Notes under the pieces: generated by a model
Database searches by the model: none
The model's input: only the letters and a program-made list of their open reading frames with translations
Told to the model about the DNA's origin: nothing
Shown here: piece after piece, positions 17,385-26,004 of the stretch
Layout: each line of letters starts with the position of its first letter
Position numbering within the stretch: position 1 is the stretch's first letter
IMG/VR virus record: IMGVR_UViG_3300036402_000115
Span: 1-40,706 of that record
Strand: one strand, 5' to 3'
DNA length: 40,706 bases
Source of the DNA: a virus
Lineage: Duplodnaviria > Caudoviricetes
Made by a program: the position numbers and the translations under genes

Positions 17385-17521
17385 TCGTTGCAACTTCGAC
17401 CGGCGCGGCTGTCCTGGCCACTGTAATCGTCGGGTTGGTGTTCTGTATTCTGGCGGGTTGTGTCGCCGAGATGGCGGACCACGCTCGCCAGCTAGCACAG
17501 GAGGACGAGAGATGGGACTGA
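17381..17521 (+). CDS. Small single-TM protein
   Basis: RBS AAGGAGG, GTGA coupling, and hydrophobic segment AAVLATVIVGLVFCILAGCV. Confidence 0.6.
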   Translation: MIVATSTGAAVLATVIVGLVFCILAGCVAEMADHARQLAQEDERWD

Positions 17522-17664
17522 CCAGTGCTCTATTCAAGGCGGCTAGGATCAGCGCCGATCTGCGTGCCGTCCGGCGTGGCCCGCGGGCTACGGGGAAGCG
17601 CGTGGTACGCAAGGCGGTAGGCAGAGCGTGGGGCCGGTCTGGCATTCCACGGTGGCCGCGGTGA
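17512..17664 (+). CDS. Small basic protein (MGLTSALFKAARISADLRAV...)
   Basis: RBS GGAGG. Arg/Lys-rich amphipathic 50 aa. Confidence 0.6.
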   Translation: MGLTSALFKAARISADLRAVRRGPRATGKRVVRKAVGRAWGRSGIPRWPR

Positions 17665-17843
17665 GTGTCCGGAAGTACGTTGACGTCTGGTGTGACGGCG
17701 AGGGCTGCCTTACGTGGGCAGATCAGGCCACGAGCCACACCAGCAAAGAGGCACGCGCCAACGCCAAGTGGCTCGGCTGGAAGGTCAACCTGCCGGGCGG
17801 CCGTGACCTGTGCCCGCGGTGCGTCCGAGAGGGCAAGGGGTGA
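17661..17843 (+). CDS. Small Zn-binding protein
   Basis: VWCDGEGC...AKWLGW...DLCPRC, a common phage pattern. GTGA coupling. Confidence 0.68.
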   Translation: MSVRKYVDVWCDGEGCLTWADQATSHTSKEARANAKWLGWKVNLPGGRDLCPRCVREGKG

Positions 17844-18055
17844 CCAACCCAAGCCACCGGCCGAGCTTGGCCCTGGGCACGCGCTCGAGCTATGTGAAGG
17901 GTTGCCGGTGCCCAGATTGCACCAGGGCTAACAGCGACTATCAGCGCCGGTTCATGCGGGGTCGCCTCTGGCAGGTCGATGGGGAACGGATCGTGGTCAG
18001 AGACGAGAAGACCAGGTCAGTTCTCATGAAGCTCGACCGGCTCGGCCGAGCTTGA
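17840..18055 (+). CDS. Small Cys-rich protein (GT..Y..GCRC..C family)
   Basis: Contains GTRSSYVKGCRCPDCTRANSDY. GTGA coupling. Confidence 0.68.
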   Translation: MTNPSHRPSLALGTRSSYVKGCRCPDCTRANSDYQRRFMRGRLWQVDGERIVVRDEKTRSVLMKLDRLGRA

Positions 18056-18483
18056 CGGATGAACATGCTGTGTGCTGTACTGGTGTCTGCGTGGCGTGCT
18101 CCACGAGGGAGGGACAGTTCTGCTGGGCTGTCCCGTTGGGCCGGGGAACGAGTCTCATGACAGGAGACACGACCCGGCCCCCCTCACCTTTCAACCCCAG
18201 CAGAGTGAAGGAGGCCAGCAGCCTCTTGGTCGATTACGAGAAGGGCGTTCCTGCCTGGGATATCAGCATGATGCTGACCCTGCACAAGAGCCGGGCACAC
18301 GGCGATCCCGTCAACTGTGCGAGGGTTGCAAATCTGCTCGCCACCCGCGGGCAGGATGGGCATTCGCGAATGGAGAAGGCGTTGGCCACTCCATGCGATT
18401 GTGGCAAGGGCGACTCCATCGCGGAGCGCACAACCCATAGGAAAGAGGAACACAAGAGTGGCCTCTCAACAACAGCAGCTTAG
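18052..18483 (+). CDS. Hypothetical Cys-containing protein
   Basis: TTGA coupling and fills the operon gap. Start is uncertain. Confidence 0.5.
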   Translation: MTDEHAVCCTGVCVACSTREGQFCWAVPLGRGTSLMTGDTTRPPSPFNPSRVKEASSLLVDYEKGVPAWDISMMLTLHKSRAHGDPVNCARVANLLATRGQDGHSRMEKALATPCDCGKGDSIAERTTHRKEEHKSGLSTTAA

Positions 18484-18847
18484 CCAGCTGCCGCCGGTCG
18501 TTCGAGACCTTGACGACTTCATCGGCTTGTTCCCTCCGGGAGTGATGCCGACCAAGCTGTACGTTCTTGAGCAGAACGACCACCTGATCTTCTTCAAGCA
18601 TTACAAGCACGGGGAGAAGATCAGCAAGAAACAAGACCGGATTTACAAGCTGCTAGTGCGGCTTGGCGAGCTTGACCTCGCGCCTGGATCGGTCTCAGTC
18701 ATGGCGATCTGGGGGATACGCGGGGTCAAGGGCCGGGCGGTCGTACAGTACGACTACACCGGCGAACACGAGGTCCCTGTCACAGACCATAGTCTTAGGC
18801 AGCGGATTTCCGACTGGTGGCATACTCATCGGAGTGGATACCGGTGA
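18458..18847 (+). CDS. Hypothetical protein, possibly a degenerate PD-(D/E)XK fold
   Basis: RBS GAGGA before GTG 18458. Contains MPTKLYVLEQNDHLIFFKHYKHGEKISKKQDRIY. Confidence 0.6.
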   Translation: MASQQQQLSQLPPVVRDLDDFIGLFPPGVMPTKLYVLEQNDHLIFFKHYKHGEKISKKQDRIYKLLVRLGELDLAPGSVSVMAIWGIRGVKGRAVVQYDYTGEHEVPVTDHSLRQRISDWWHTHRSGYR

Positions 18848-18856
18848 GCCACCGGC

Positions 18857-19222
18857 GTGGTGCAATCGAGCAAGGGGGTATCCGTGAGGGTAGCCGCAAC
18901 AGCAGCCGTGATTGCTGCTATGGCTATACCAACGGGAGCGAGTGCAACACCCGGCGACCGGGGCATCCCCGGCGTCAAGTCGATCATCCGGCAGGTCTTC
19001 GGCCCGTACGGCTCGCAAGCTGTGAGCGTGTCAGGGTGCGAGACCGGCGGGACTTACTGGCACGGTTCGCACAACGGTCAGTATCTAGGCATCTTCCAGA
19101 TGGGGGAGCGGGAACGCGCGATCTACGGCCACGGGAACAACGCGAGAGCGCAAGCTCGAGCGGCATGGCGGTACTTCGTGGCGACCGGCAAAGACTGGTC
19201 CCCCTGGGAGTGCAAACCCTGA
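18857..19222 (+). CDS. Secreted lysozyme-like / lytic transglycosylase (Rpf/SLT-like); start may be GTG 18884
   Basis: Signal peptide ending ASA, catalytic CETGG, YLGIFQM, and AQARAAWRYF...WSPWEC. Confidence 0.8.
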   Translation: MVQSSKGVSVRVAATAAVIAAMAIPTGASATPGDRGIPGVKSIIRQVFGPYGSQAVSVSGCETGGTYWHGSHNGQYLGIFQMGERERAIYGHGNNARAQARAAWRYFVATGKDWSPWECKP

Positions 19223-19240
19223 ACACAAAGGAGTCCCGTC

Positions 19241-20305
19241 GTGGCTGAGATCCTTACACACTCGAAGCGGCGGGACTTCTTGAACTGCCCGCGCTACTTC
19301 TACAACCGGCACGAGCTGAACCTAGCTCTACGGGTGCAGAAGACGGGGCGGCGCAGGGGCACTATCTTCGGGGATGCGCTGCAGGCGGCGCGCGACGCGA
19401 CCCCGGAGCAGATCGAAGAGCACGGCTTGTTCTATCCGCACGCTTGCGCCATGGCCTCCATCGACGAGAGCTACGTCGAGATCTTCAACGGTCTCAACTC
19501 GCAGGAGGAGGTCGACGAGGTGGAGATCGAGAGGCGCAAGGTTCGGGTGATGGTGCGCGGCTACCTCGAGCGCTACGGGCTTAAGGCTCGGCGAGAGGTC
19601 GAGTTCACGCTGCCGTACCGTCATCCGGCCACCGGCGGCTACAGTAAGACGTTCAAGCTCGGCGGGAAGATCGACGGTATCGAAATCGTCGGGCCGCGTC
19701 GTGGCCGGGTGATCGAGGACAAGTTCGTCGGTCAGATCCAGAAGGCGATGATCGATCGCTTGCCTCTGGATGCCCAGGCCACCGAGTACGTGATGGCCCT
19801 GGTGACTAAGGGCTGGTCGGCGGAGGTCGCCTACCGTCACACGCTCTATCCTCAGATCAATCCGAAGAAGGGGAAGGAGGCTCCGCTTCTGACCCCGGGA
19901 GGCAATCCGTCCAAGGCCAAGTCAGTACCGGCGGAGACGTTGGACGAGTTCGAAGAGCGCCTGGCCGACGACGTGTACAACGTCCGGCCGGAGCATTACT
20001 TCGACGAGCAGGTGCTCTATTTCCCGGCCGACCACCTGGCCGAGTACGAGAGCGAGCGGTGGGTCGTTGGGCAGATGATCATCAGCGCTCGTGCGCTGGT
20101 GGCCAGCGAAGGCGCGGCGGCTTTCCCCAAGAACAGCAGCCGGTGCTGGGAGTACGGCGGCTGTGAGTTCATCCCCCTGTGCACGATGCAGGAGGGAGCA
20201 CGAGATCGGTACGTTGTGGTTCCGGATAACCCGGAGCTGAGTGCAGCATCAGACGGAGGGAGCGACGGTGCCACCAACACCGAGTACGCCCACGCAGCAG
20301 CGTAG
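19241..20305 (+). CDS. Cas4/RecB-like PD-(D/E)XK exonuclease
   Basis: Contains LTHS...NCPRYFY, GKIDG...IEDKF, and C-terminal CWEYGGCEFIPLC. Confidence 0.85.
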   Translation: MAEILTHSKRRDFLNCPRYFYNRHELNLALRVQKTGRRRGTIFGDALQAARDATPEQIEEHGLFYPHACAMASIDESYVEIFNGLNSQEEVDEVEIERRKVRVMVRGYLERYGLKARREVEFTLPYRHPATGGYSKTFKLGGKIDGIEIVGPRRGRVIEDKFVGQIQKAMIDRLPLDAQATEYVMALVTKGWSAEVAYRHTLYPQINPKKGKEAPLLTPGGNPSKAKSVPAETLDEFEERLADDVYNVRPEHYFDEQVLYFPADHLAEYESERWVVGQMIISARALVASEGAAAFPKNSSRCWEYGGCEFIPLCTMQEGARDRYVVVPDNPELSAASDGGSDGATNTEYAHAAA

Positions 20306-21158
20306 ACGGGGCGGATCCGCCACCATCGACGAGGTTCTTCCGAAGGACGGAGCGCCAGAGGCGGACACCGGCGGGGACGGTGCCGCTCCGCCTGCGCCGG
20401 AGGCCGCTCCGGGTCAGGGGAGGGTTCTCCCGACCTTGCCCACGGCGAAGACCAGCCTGTCCGGCATCCTCGAGCAGAAAACCATCGTGCTCTATGGGGA
20501 AGCCGGGATCGGCAAGTCAACCCTTGCCAGCGAGTTCGGGGAAGTGTTCTTCTTCGACTGCGCCGGTGAGCTGTCCGACCTCGAGGTGTACCGCGGTGCA
20601 GTCACCGACTGGACCAACTTCCGCGAGTGGGCAGCCGCATACGCGGCCGAGATGGCCAAGCCGGAGCCGATGTACGCCGGTTGCGTCGTCGACACCGCCG
20701 ACCTGCTGGGCACGTTCTGCGCAGCGTGGGTACGCGGCCAGCTGGGTGTTGCGCACGAGTCGGACGCCGACTGGGGCAAGGGATGGACGCTGGTACGGGA
20801 GACGTTCCACACCGCTCTCGCCAAGCTCGCCGCCTTGCCGGGCGGGCTGATCCTGGTGTCACATGCGAAGCAGGTGGAGATCAAGACCCGCAACCAGGTC
20901 TACGACCGCAACATTCCGACGCTGACCGGCGGAGTGCGCGACGCCTGCGTCAACATGGCGGATCTCGTGCTCTTCATCGATTGGGACGATGCCGGGCAGG
21001 GTCGGGTCATCCACACGAAGGGTGACAGGTTCCATGAGGCCAAGGAGCGTGGCCAGCAGCCGCGGCTCCCGGCTGCAATCCCCTGGCCGATCGGGGCCAG
21101 TGGTTACGACATTCTCCGTACCGCCTGGTACGGAGAGCCTAACGGGAAGGAGACCTAG
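20268..21158 (+). CDS. AAA_24 / Sak4-like recombination ATPase
   Basis: Walker A YGEAGIGKST, Walker B VVDTAD, and WGKGW...LILVSHA...ADLVLF. RBS GGAGG before GTG 20268. Confidence 0.87.
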   Translation: MPPTPSTPTQQRRRGGSATIDEVLPKDGAPEADTGGDGAAPPAPEAAPGQGRVLPTLPTAKTSLSGILEQKTIVLYGEAGIGKSTLASEFGEVFFFDCAGELSDLEVYRGAVTDWTNFREWAAAYAAEMAKPEPMYAGCVVDTADLLGTFCAAWVRGQLGVAHESDADWGKGWTLVRETFHTALAKLAALPGGLILVSHAKQVEIKTRNQVYDRNIPTLTGGVRDACVNMADLVLFIDWDDAGQGRVIHTKGDRFHEAKERGQQPRLPAAIPWPIGASGYDILRTAWYGEPNGKET

Positions 21159-21162
21159 AGTT

Positions 21163-21669
21163 ATGGGATTCGCAGAAGAGATGGCCGAGGCCGAGGAGGC
21201 GTACCTCGAGGCGGAGGCCGCGTCAGGGCCGCCGCTGTTCAGCGACGGCAAGCACCAGGCCGCGTTGACGCTGTGCCGTGTCGAGAACGGCCAATTCGGC
21301 TGGCAGTTGGTGCTCGGGTTCCGCGGGGTCGATGCGAACACCGGCAAGCCCGCGTCGATTCGCAAGTGGCACAACCTGCCGCCGGAGCCGGGCCGCGAGG
21401 GGTACGTCAAGCAGGACCTGAACATGCTGGACTACGAAGGCCCGCTGTCCGGGGTCGAGGCGTGGTGCATTTCGGAGGCGGCCATCGGTCTGCTCTGCGA
21501 TATCGGCGTCGTGACCAAGCCCGGCGAGGCCCGCGACTACACGAACGTCTACATCAACAGGGTGCACGGGAAGGTCGATGTGGACACCTACGCGGGTGGG
21601 CCTCCGACGGAGGACGCCGGTGTCGGCGGGTCTGGTGGCCTGCAGGCCGACGACGACATTCCCTTCTAA
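21163..21669 (+). CDS. Single-stranded DNA-binding protein (DUF669-like)
   Basis: Follows the nuclease and ATPase genes. Acidic C-terminal tail ends DDDIPF. Confidence 0.82.
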   Translation: MGFAEEMAEAEEAYLEAEAASGPPLFSDGKHQAALTLCRVENGQFGWQLVLGFRGVDANTGKPASIRKWHNLPPEPGREGYVKQDLNMLDYEGPLSGVEAWCISEAAIGLLCDIGVVTKPGEARDYTNVYINRVHGKVDVDTYAGGPPTEDAGVGGSGGLQADDDIPF

Positions 21670-21681
21670 CCGGTCGATAAA

Positions 21682-21942
21682 ATGGCGCTCCCGTTTGAAC
21701 TCTGGATCGACACGGAGCTTAAGATCATGCACACCCGGAACAACTGTCCGGGTGCCAAGATCCCCTCCAAATACGGATACCTCAGGCGGGAGTACGTTCG
21801 CACACCTGAGCAGGCCCGGGAACTCGATACTGAGTACCGGGCCTGCGAGGGCTGCAAGAAGGAGCTTGAGCGGAAGAAGTCTCCTGGCGGAGACCGAAGC
21901 TACCGCTACCGGCGGCACCAGCAAGAGGAGAAAATCGGTTGA
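21682..21942 (+). CDS. Hypothetical Zn-binding protein
   Basis: Contains HTRNNC...RACEGC. In operon context. Confidence 0.6.
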   Translation: MALPFELWIDTELKIMHTRNNCPGAKIPSKYGYLRREYVRTPEQARELDTEYRACEGCKKELERKKSPGGDRSYRYRRHQQEEKIG

Positions 21943-22361
21943 CGCTTTTGCCCATAGAGCCAGTCCGTGTGACCGTCCCGCCGCAAGATTGTTGGCCGGA
22001 CGAGGAGAACGCCCATTGGTGCGCAAATCCCGACTGTGATCAGTACGGGTCAGAGACGCATCACGTGGTGCGCCGGTCAGAGACCGCGGGGCCGAAGCGG
22101 TGGGTCTCTATCGACGGGCTAGTGATCTGTAACGAGGTGCGCGTCTGTTCGCGCTGCCACTGCAACATCACCGAGCACAGAGCTTGGATTCGCTACGAGG
22201 AGGGCACCGGGTGGGTGTGGTGGGCCGCGAGGCCACCCGACGCAACAGCCGATCCCAGTGAGTTCTATGAGCATCCCAAATCGGGGCGCTTGTTCCGTCG
22301 TGTTGGACCGCTGAAAGGAGCAGAGTGGAACCCAGTAACGGGTCTAGTGTCGTGCGACTAG
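21939..22361 (+). CDS. HNH-like endonuclease
   Basis: Contains CANPDC...ETHHVVRRS...NEVRVCSRCH...H. Confidence 0.7.
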   Translation: MTLLPIEPVRVTVPPQDCWPDEENAHWCANPDCDQYGSETHHVVRRSETAGPKRWVSIDGLVICNEVRVCSRCHCNITEHRAWIRYEEGTGWVWWAARPPDATADPSEFYEHPKSGRLFRRVGPLKGAEWNPVTGLVSCD

Positions 22362-22705
22362 TCGATGACACGGGAGAGGTGCACGAGCACGAGCTTTCCC
22401 CAGGGCATGAGTGCCCGGCCTGCCATCGATCAGTGCCGAAAGCGAAGAAGGACGACGCGACCGGCCGTACCCGTGACCGCATCACCGTAACTGTCCCGAC
22501 CGGCGAGGAGGGCACCCTCGACGAGATGCTGATACAGCTGGTCGACAAGTACGCTGACGCATGGCCGGAAGATGCCAAGTCGATGCGCGAGGGCGTGGGC
22601 CTAGCTCTGGTGGGGGAACGCTCCTGGAAGTACAGGGCATTGCATTTCGCTGTCTATGCAGCTCTGACAGTGCCGGGCCTCGAGCCGGTGGAGACCGGCG
22701 AGTGA
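22325..22705 (+). CDS. Hypothetical protein (CPAC motif)
   Basis: RBS AAAGGAG. GTGA-coupled to the initiator gene. Confidence 0.68.
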   Translation: MEPSNGSSVVRLVDDTGEVHEHELSPGHECPACHRSVPKAKKDDATGRTRDRITVTVPTGEEGTLDEMLIQLVDKYADAWPEDAKSMREGVGLALVGERSWKYRALHFAVYAALTVPGLEPVETGE

Positions 22706-23541
22706 GCGACGAGCTTACCGGCAAGCCCTGGGCACAAGCGCCTTGGGAGCTTGTGACCGCCAAGATCTCTGCTCAGGCGTTCCGAGTGTGCATGGCCATC
22801 CAGCTCCATCGTCGTCCCGACGGGGCCGCTCCTTTCCCCAGCCAAACCAGGCTGGCGAAGATGTGCAACACGTCAGTACCCACTGTGAAGCGTGCTGTAG
22901 CTGAGCTTGTCGAGGTGGGCATCCTTAAGGTCCAGCCCAGGCGCAAGGAGGGCGGCCTGCGGTCGACGAACAGCTACTCTCTGCACGTCCCACGGGGGAT
23001 CACCCCTGATCCCGTAGCAGCCCCACAAGGGATCACCGGTGATCCGCGGTACGGTGGGATCACGGATGATCCAGCGGAAGTAGATTCTTCTAAGCAGAAG
23101 GAGCGTCCTTCGGACGCTCCAAGGCAGGCAGTTCGTGCCAGGACGGCCCGCGACGATCTGTGGGATGCGCTCGTCGAGGCGACCGGAATCGAGCCGTCTA
23201 CCACCGGCGAGAAGAGCAGATTCGGCAAGTCAGTGAACGAGCTGCTCGCGGCGGGGGCCACACCGGACGAGATCAAGGCTCGGGCTAGCCGCTGGCCGAT
23301 GAAGTACCCTGGCGCGTCCTTGACAGATCGTGCCTTGGCCAACAGGTGGGGCGAGCTTGCTGGGCCTCGCTCGAGGCGAGATCTTGTGCCTTGCCCGGAC
23401 TGTGAGGAGCCGGTCCCGGCTAAGAAGCTCGACGCTCACCGCTACGACAAGCACGATGTTGGTTCGCTCTGCCCGGACTGTAGCGGAGTGATCCCACCGG
23501 ACGAGGAGCATTCGTGCAAACGATCTTCGACCAAGAGCTAG
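22702..23541 (+). CDS. Replication initiator with N-terminal winged HTH (HTH_36-like) and C-terminal Zn fingers
   Basis: Contains FPSQTRLAKMCNTSVPTVKRAVAELVEVGIL...TNSYSL, internal DNA repeats, and CPDC...H...H. Confidence 0.82.
   Translation: MSDELTGKPWAQAPWELVTAKISAQAFRVCMAIQLHRRPDGAAPFPSQTRLAKMCNTSVPTVKRAVAELVEVGILKVQPRRKEGGLRSTNSYSLHVPRGITPDPVAAPQGITGDPRYGGITDDPAEVDSSKQKERPSDAPRQAVRARTARDDLWDALVEATGIEPSTTGEKSRFGKSVNELLAAGATPDEIKARASRWPMKYPGASLTDRALANRWGELAGPRSRRDLVPCPDCEEPVPAKKLDAHRYDKHDVGSLCPDCSGVIPPDEEHSCKRSSTKS
22996..23073. repeat. Three palindromic iterons GGGATCA-N4-TGATCC (putative origin)
   Basis: Copies start at 22996, 23029 and 23056, inside the initiator gene. Confidence 0.8.
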
Positions 23542-23816
23542 CCGACCTCAGGGAAGGGGAACATCTCCATGCCCAAAAGCGGAAGAACAAATCGGCAGGT
23601 GCCGAAACGCAAGCGGACTCGGTCGATGGGCTGGACACAGCAGTGGTCATCGGGGAGGCTCTCGTTGCGAAAGCTCGAGCGGGAGCTTCGCAGGGCATGG
23701 CGCGAGACAGGATCGCGGCGGCCATCGCCAGGTGCGAGTTCGCCGCCGGAATCACAGCACAAGAGCACCTCGAGTCGGTGCTAAGGCTGCTGCGACAGGC
23801 CAGGCTTTACAAGTAG
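23514..23816 (+). CDS. Hypothetical protein
   Basis: RBS GAGGAG. In operon context. Confidence 0.6.
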   Translation: MQTIFDQELADLREGEHLHAQKRKNKSAGAETQADSVDGLDTAVVIGEALVAKARAGASQGMARDRIAAAIARCEFAAGITAQEHLESVLRLLRQARLYK

Positions 23817-24101
23817 ATGCTGCGTGTGGTACACTCGCAGCCTGCCCACGCCAGTTACCCTCAGGAGGTTACGTTGGAGAATGGGACGCCCGGTGCTCGC
23901 CCGCCAGCATTCACAAAGGAGCTGAAAGTGTGGCTCAGTGAAGAGCAGGACGCGTGGCTCGAGGAAGAGGTGCTCCGCCGCAGACAGGCGGGGAAGGTTT
24001 CCGAGGTGGAGGCCGCGCACGGCGGCAACAGGAACGTCAACAAGGGCATGGTGTTGCGGGAAGGGTTGGAAATCCTCCGCGCCATGCCAGCCAGCGAGTA
24101 G
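23817..24101 (+). CDS. Hypothetical protein, possible ribbon-helix-helix DNA binder
   Basis: Contains KELKVWLSEEQDAWLEEE...NKGMVLREGLE. Confidence 0.6.
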   Translation: MLRVVHSQPAHASYPQEVTLENGTPGARPPAFTKELKVWLSEEQDAWLEEEVLRRRQAGKVSEVEAAHGGNRNVNKGMVLREGLEILRAMPASE

Positions 24102-24116
24102 AAGGGTACACGGGAA

Positions 24117-25436
24117 ATGGACCAGCAGAGAGTTACGGCGCTTGTCGGTGCGCAGTTCGGCTCCGAGGGCAAGGGGCTGATCGCTGAGAAGATCGCCCAC
24201 CAGTACGGCGTCCACGTCCGCACCGGAGCACCGAACGCCGGGCACACCTACTACATCGACGACCTGCGTCCTCTGAATGAGGCATTCGCAGCGGGCGCTC
24301 CTGACGATGTGATCTCAGAGGGGATCGCGGACGAGCAGGCAGGACGGGGCCGCGTCAAGGTCGTAGCCCGGTCGGTGCCGTGCGGGGCGGCCAACCCGAC
24401 CGCGCTCTTGTACGTCGGCCCCGGCGGCCTCATCGATCTCGACCTGCTGCTCGAAGAGGTCAAGATCCTGGACGATCTCGGTCTCCACGTCAGTGATCGT
24501 CTGGTGATCGACGACAAGGCGATGGTGATCGACCCGGTTCGGCACCATCAGCACGAGGGCGGGGTGCACGGCAACGCCCATGTGATGATCGGTTCCACCG
24601 GCGAGGGCGTTGGCCCGGCACGGATGGCCAAGATCGCTCGGGGCACGTTCAACATGAGTGGATCTGGCCCTGCCTGGTCGCTGATCGACCAGGTGGGCGC
24701 TCCGGAGCACAGGCAGCGCCTGGCCGAGGCGGGTATCAAGGTGGGGGATGTGGCCCGCGATCTGAACCACCACTACGACCAGGGGGCGTCGATCCTGCTC
24801 GAGGGGACGCAGGGTTCCGGGCTGTCTCTGGTGCATGGCCCGTGGCCGTACGTCACGAGCAGCGACACCAATGCAGCGCAGTTGGCCGTCGATGCGGGCC
24901 TTGCTCCTCAGCTGATCACCGACGTGATCCTCGTCGCCAGGACCTTCCCGATCCGCGTGGCCGGGAACAGCGGGCCTCTCCCCGGCGAGACCACCTGGGA
25001 GGCGATCGGCCAGCCGGAGGAACGCACCACCGTTACCAAGAAGGTGCGTCGTGTCGGCTACTGGAACCATGCCCTCGTCCGTCGGGCGGTGATGCTCAAC
25101 AGGCCCACCGAGATGGCGCTTACATTCGTCGACTACCTCAGCGGAGACGCCGAGGGCTGCACCGAGTGGATCAATCTGCCGCCGTACCTCCGCGAGTACA
25201 TCGAGGACCTCGAGACACAGGTCGATACGCCGATCACGATGTTGGGCACCGGCCCGGACACGCTGGTCGGGAATCCGGGCCTCTACCGGCGTCCCAAGGG
25301 CGTGTTCCTGGGCGAGCCGGAGCCGGAGCAGGACACGATGGACTGGCCGACCAGCCTCGAGGCGTACGCCAGCTTCGAGCCGGTGGATAGCCTCGAGGCG
25401 CAGACCAGTTTCGAGACGATGGAGACCGAGGTATGA
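24117..25436 (+). CDS. purZ: Adenylosuccinate synthetase paralog, PurZ/PurZ0-type (2-aminoadenine pathway)
   Basis: GAQFGSEGKG has Ser at the PurA catalytic Asp position. Also PNAGHT, IGSTGEGVG, LLEGTQGSGLSL.HGPWPYVTS, RTFPIRVAGNSGPL, ERTTVTKKVRRVG, LTFVDY and GTGP. Confidence 0.85.
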   Translation: MDQQRVTALVGAQFGSEGKGLIAEKIAHQYGVHVRTGAPNAGHTYYIDDLRPLNEAFAAGAPDDVISEGIADEQAGRGRVKVVARSVPCGAANPTALLYVGPGGLIDLDLLLEEVKILDDLGLHVSDRLVIDDKAMVIDPVRHHQHEGGVHGNAHVMIGSTGEGVGPARMAKIARGTFNMSGSGPAWSLIDQVGAPEHRQRLAEAGIKVGDVARDLNHHYDQGASILLEGTQGSGLSLVHGPWPYVTSSDTNAAQLAVDAGLAPQLITDVILVARTFPIRVAGNSGPLPGETTWEAIGQPEERTTVTKKVRRVGYWNHALVRRAVMLNRPTEMALTFVDYLSGDAEGCTEWINLPPYLREYIEDLETQVDTPITMLGTGPDTLVGNPGLYRRPKGVFLGEPEPEQDTMDWPTSLEAYASFEPVDSLEAQTSFETMETEV

Positions 25437-25546
25437 CCGCTTGCGCCGGGCACTCGGTGCTGTCCGCCATCGGCCTGGTCAGTGTCGTTTGCTGGGCGAG
25501 CTTCGTCGTGGTTGGCCTCCTCCTGATCGTTGGGAGGAGGTCGTGA
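25433..25546 (+). CDS. 37-aa single-TM peptide (MTACAGHSVLSAIGLVSVVCWASFVVVGLLLIVGRRS); not in the ORF track
   Basis: ATGA overlap with the purZ stop and GTGA overlap with the dUTPase start. Confidence 0.6.
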   Translation: MTACAGHSVLSAIGLVSVVCWASFVVVGLLLIVGRRS

Positions 25547-26004
25547 TCGACGTCCAGTTCACAAAGGTCGACGAGCGCGCGATCGAGCCGCGGAACGCTT
25601 ACGGCAATGATGCGGGCTGGGATCTGTTCGCTCTCGAGGACACCATCGTTCCGTGCACGCCGATTCTGACCTGGGTACGCACGGGTATCGCCGTCGCCCT
25701 GCCGGATGGTTTCTACGGCAGGATCGTCGGTCGCTCCTCCGCCGTCACCAAGGGGTACTTGGTGATGGAAGGGACCATCGACGCCGGTTACCGCGGCGAG
25801 CAGATGGGCCGTGTGTTCCCCCTCTGGATTCACAAAGAGGAGAATGACGCTGGTGTGTTCAGACCGAGGAACCGGCTGATCAAAGCAGGCGAGTCGATCT
25901 GCCAGCTGATCGTGCAGGAGGTCAAGCCGGTGCGGTTCATCGAGGTAGCCACGCTACCCGACTCTGCACGTGGCACCAACGGCTACGGCAGTAGCGGCGC
26001 ATGA
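25543..26004 (+). CDS. dut: Trimeric dUTPase
   Basis: All five motifs present: AGWDL, GRSS, GTIDAGYRGE, ICQLI, RGTNGYGSSG. RBS GGAGGAGG before GTG 25543. Confidence 0.92.
   Translation: MIDVQFTKVDERAIEPRNAYGNDAGWDLFALEDTIVPCTPILTWVRTGIAVALPDGFYGRIVGRSSAVTKGYLVMEGTIDAGYRGEQMGRVFPLWIHKEENDAGVFRPRNRLIKAGESICQLIVQEVKPVRFIEVATLPDSARGTNGYGSSGA

Noticed and set aside
22996-23073. Spaced palindromic repeats as a mini-CRISPR array (a Cas4-like gene is present)
   Set aside because: Repeats are about 18 bp with 9-15 bp gaps and lie inside a CDS. The Cas4-like nuclease sits in a standard exonuclease-Sak4-SSB recombination module.
24117-25436. Ordinary purA auxiliary metabolic gene
   Set aside because: The catalytic Asp of GDEGKG is Ser, and the neighbourhood is dNTP-modifying enzymes, which favours PurZ.
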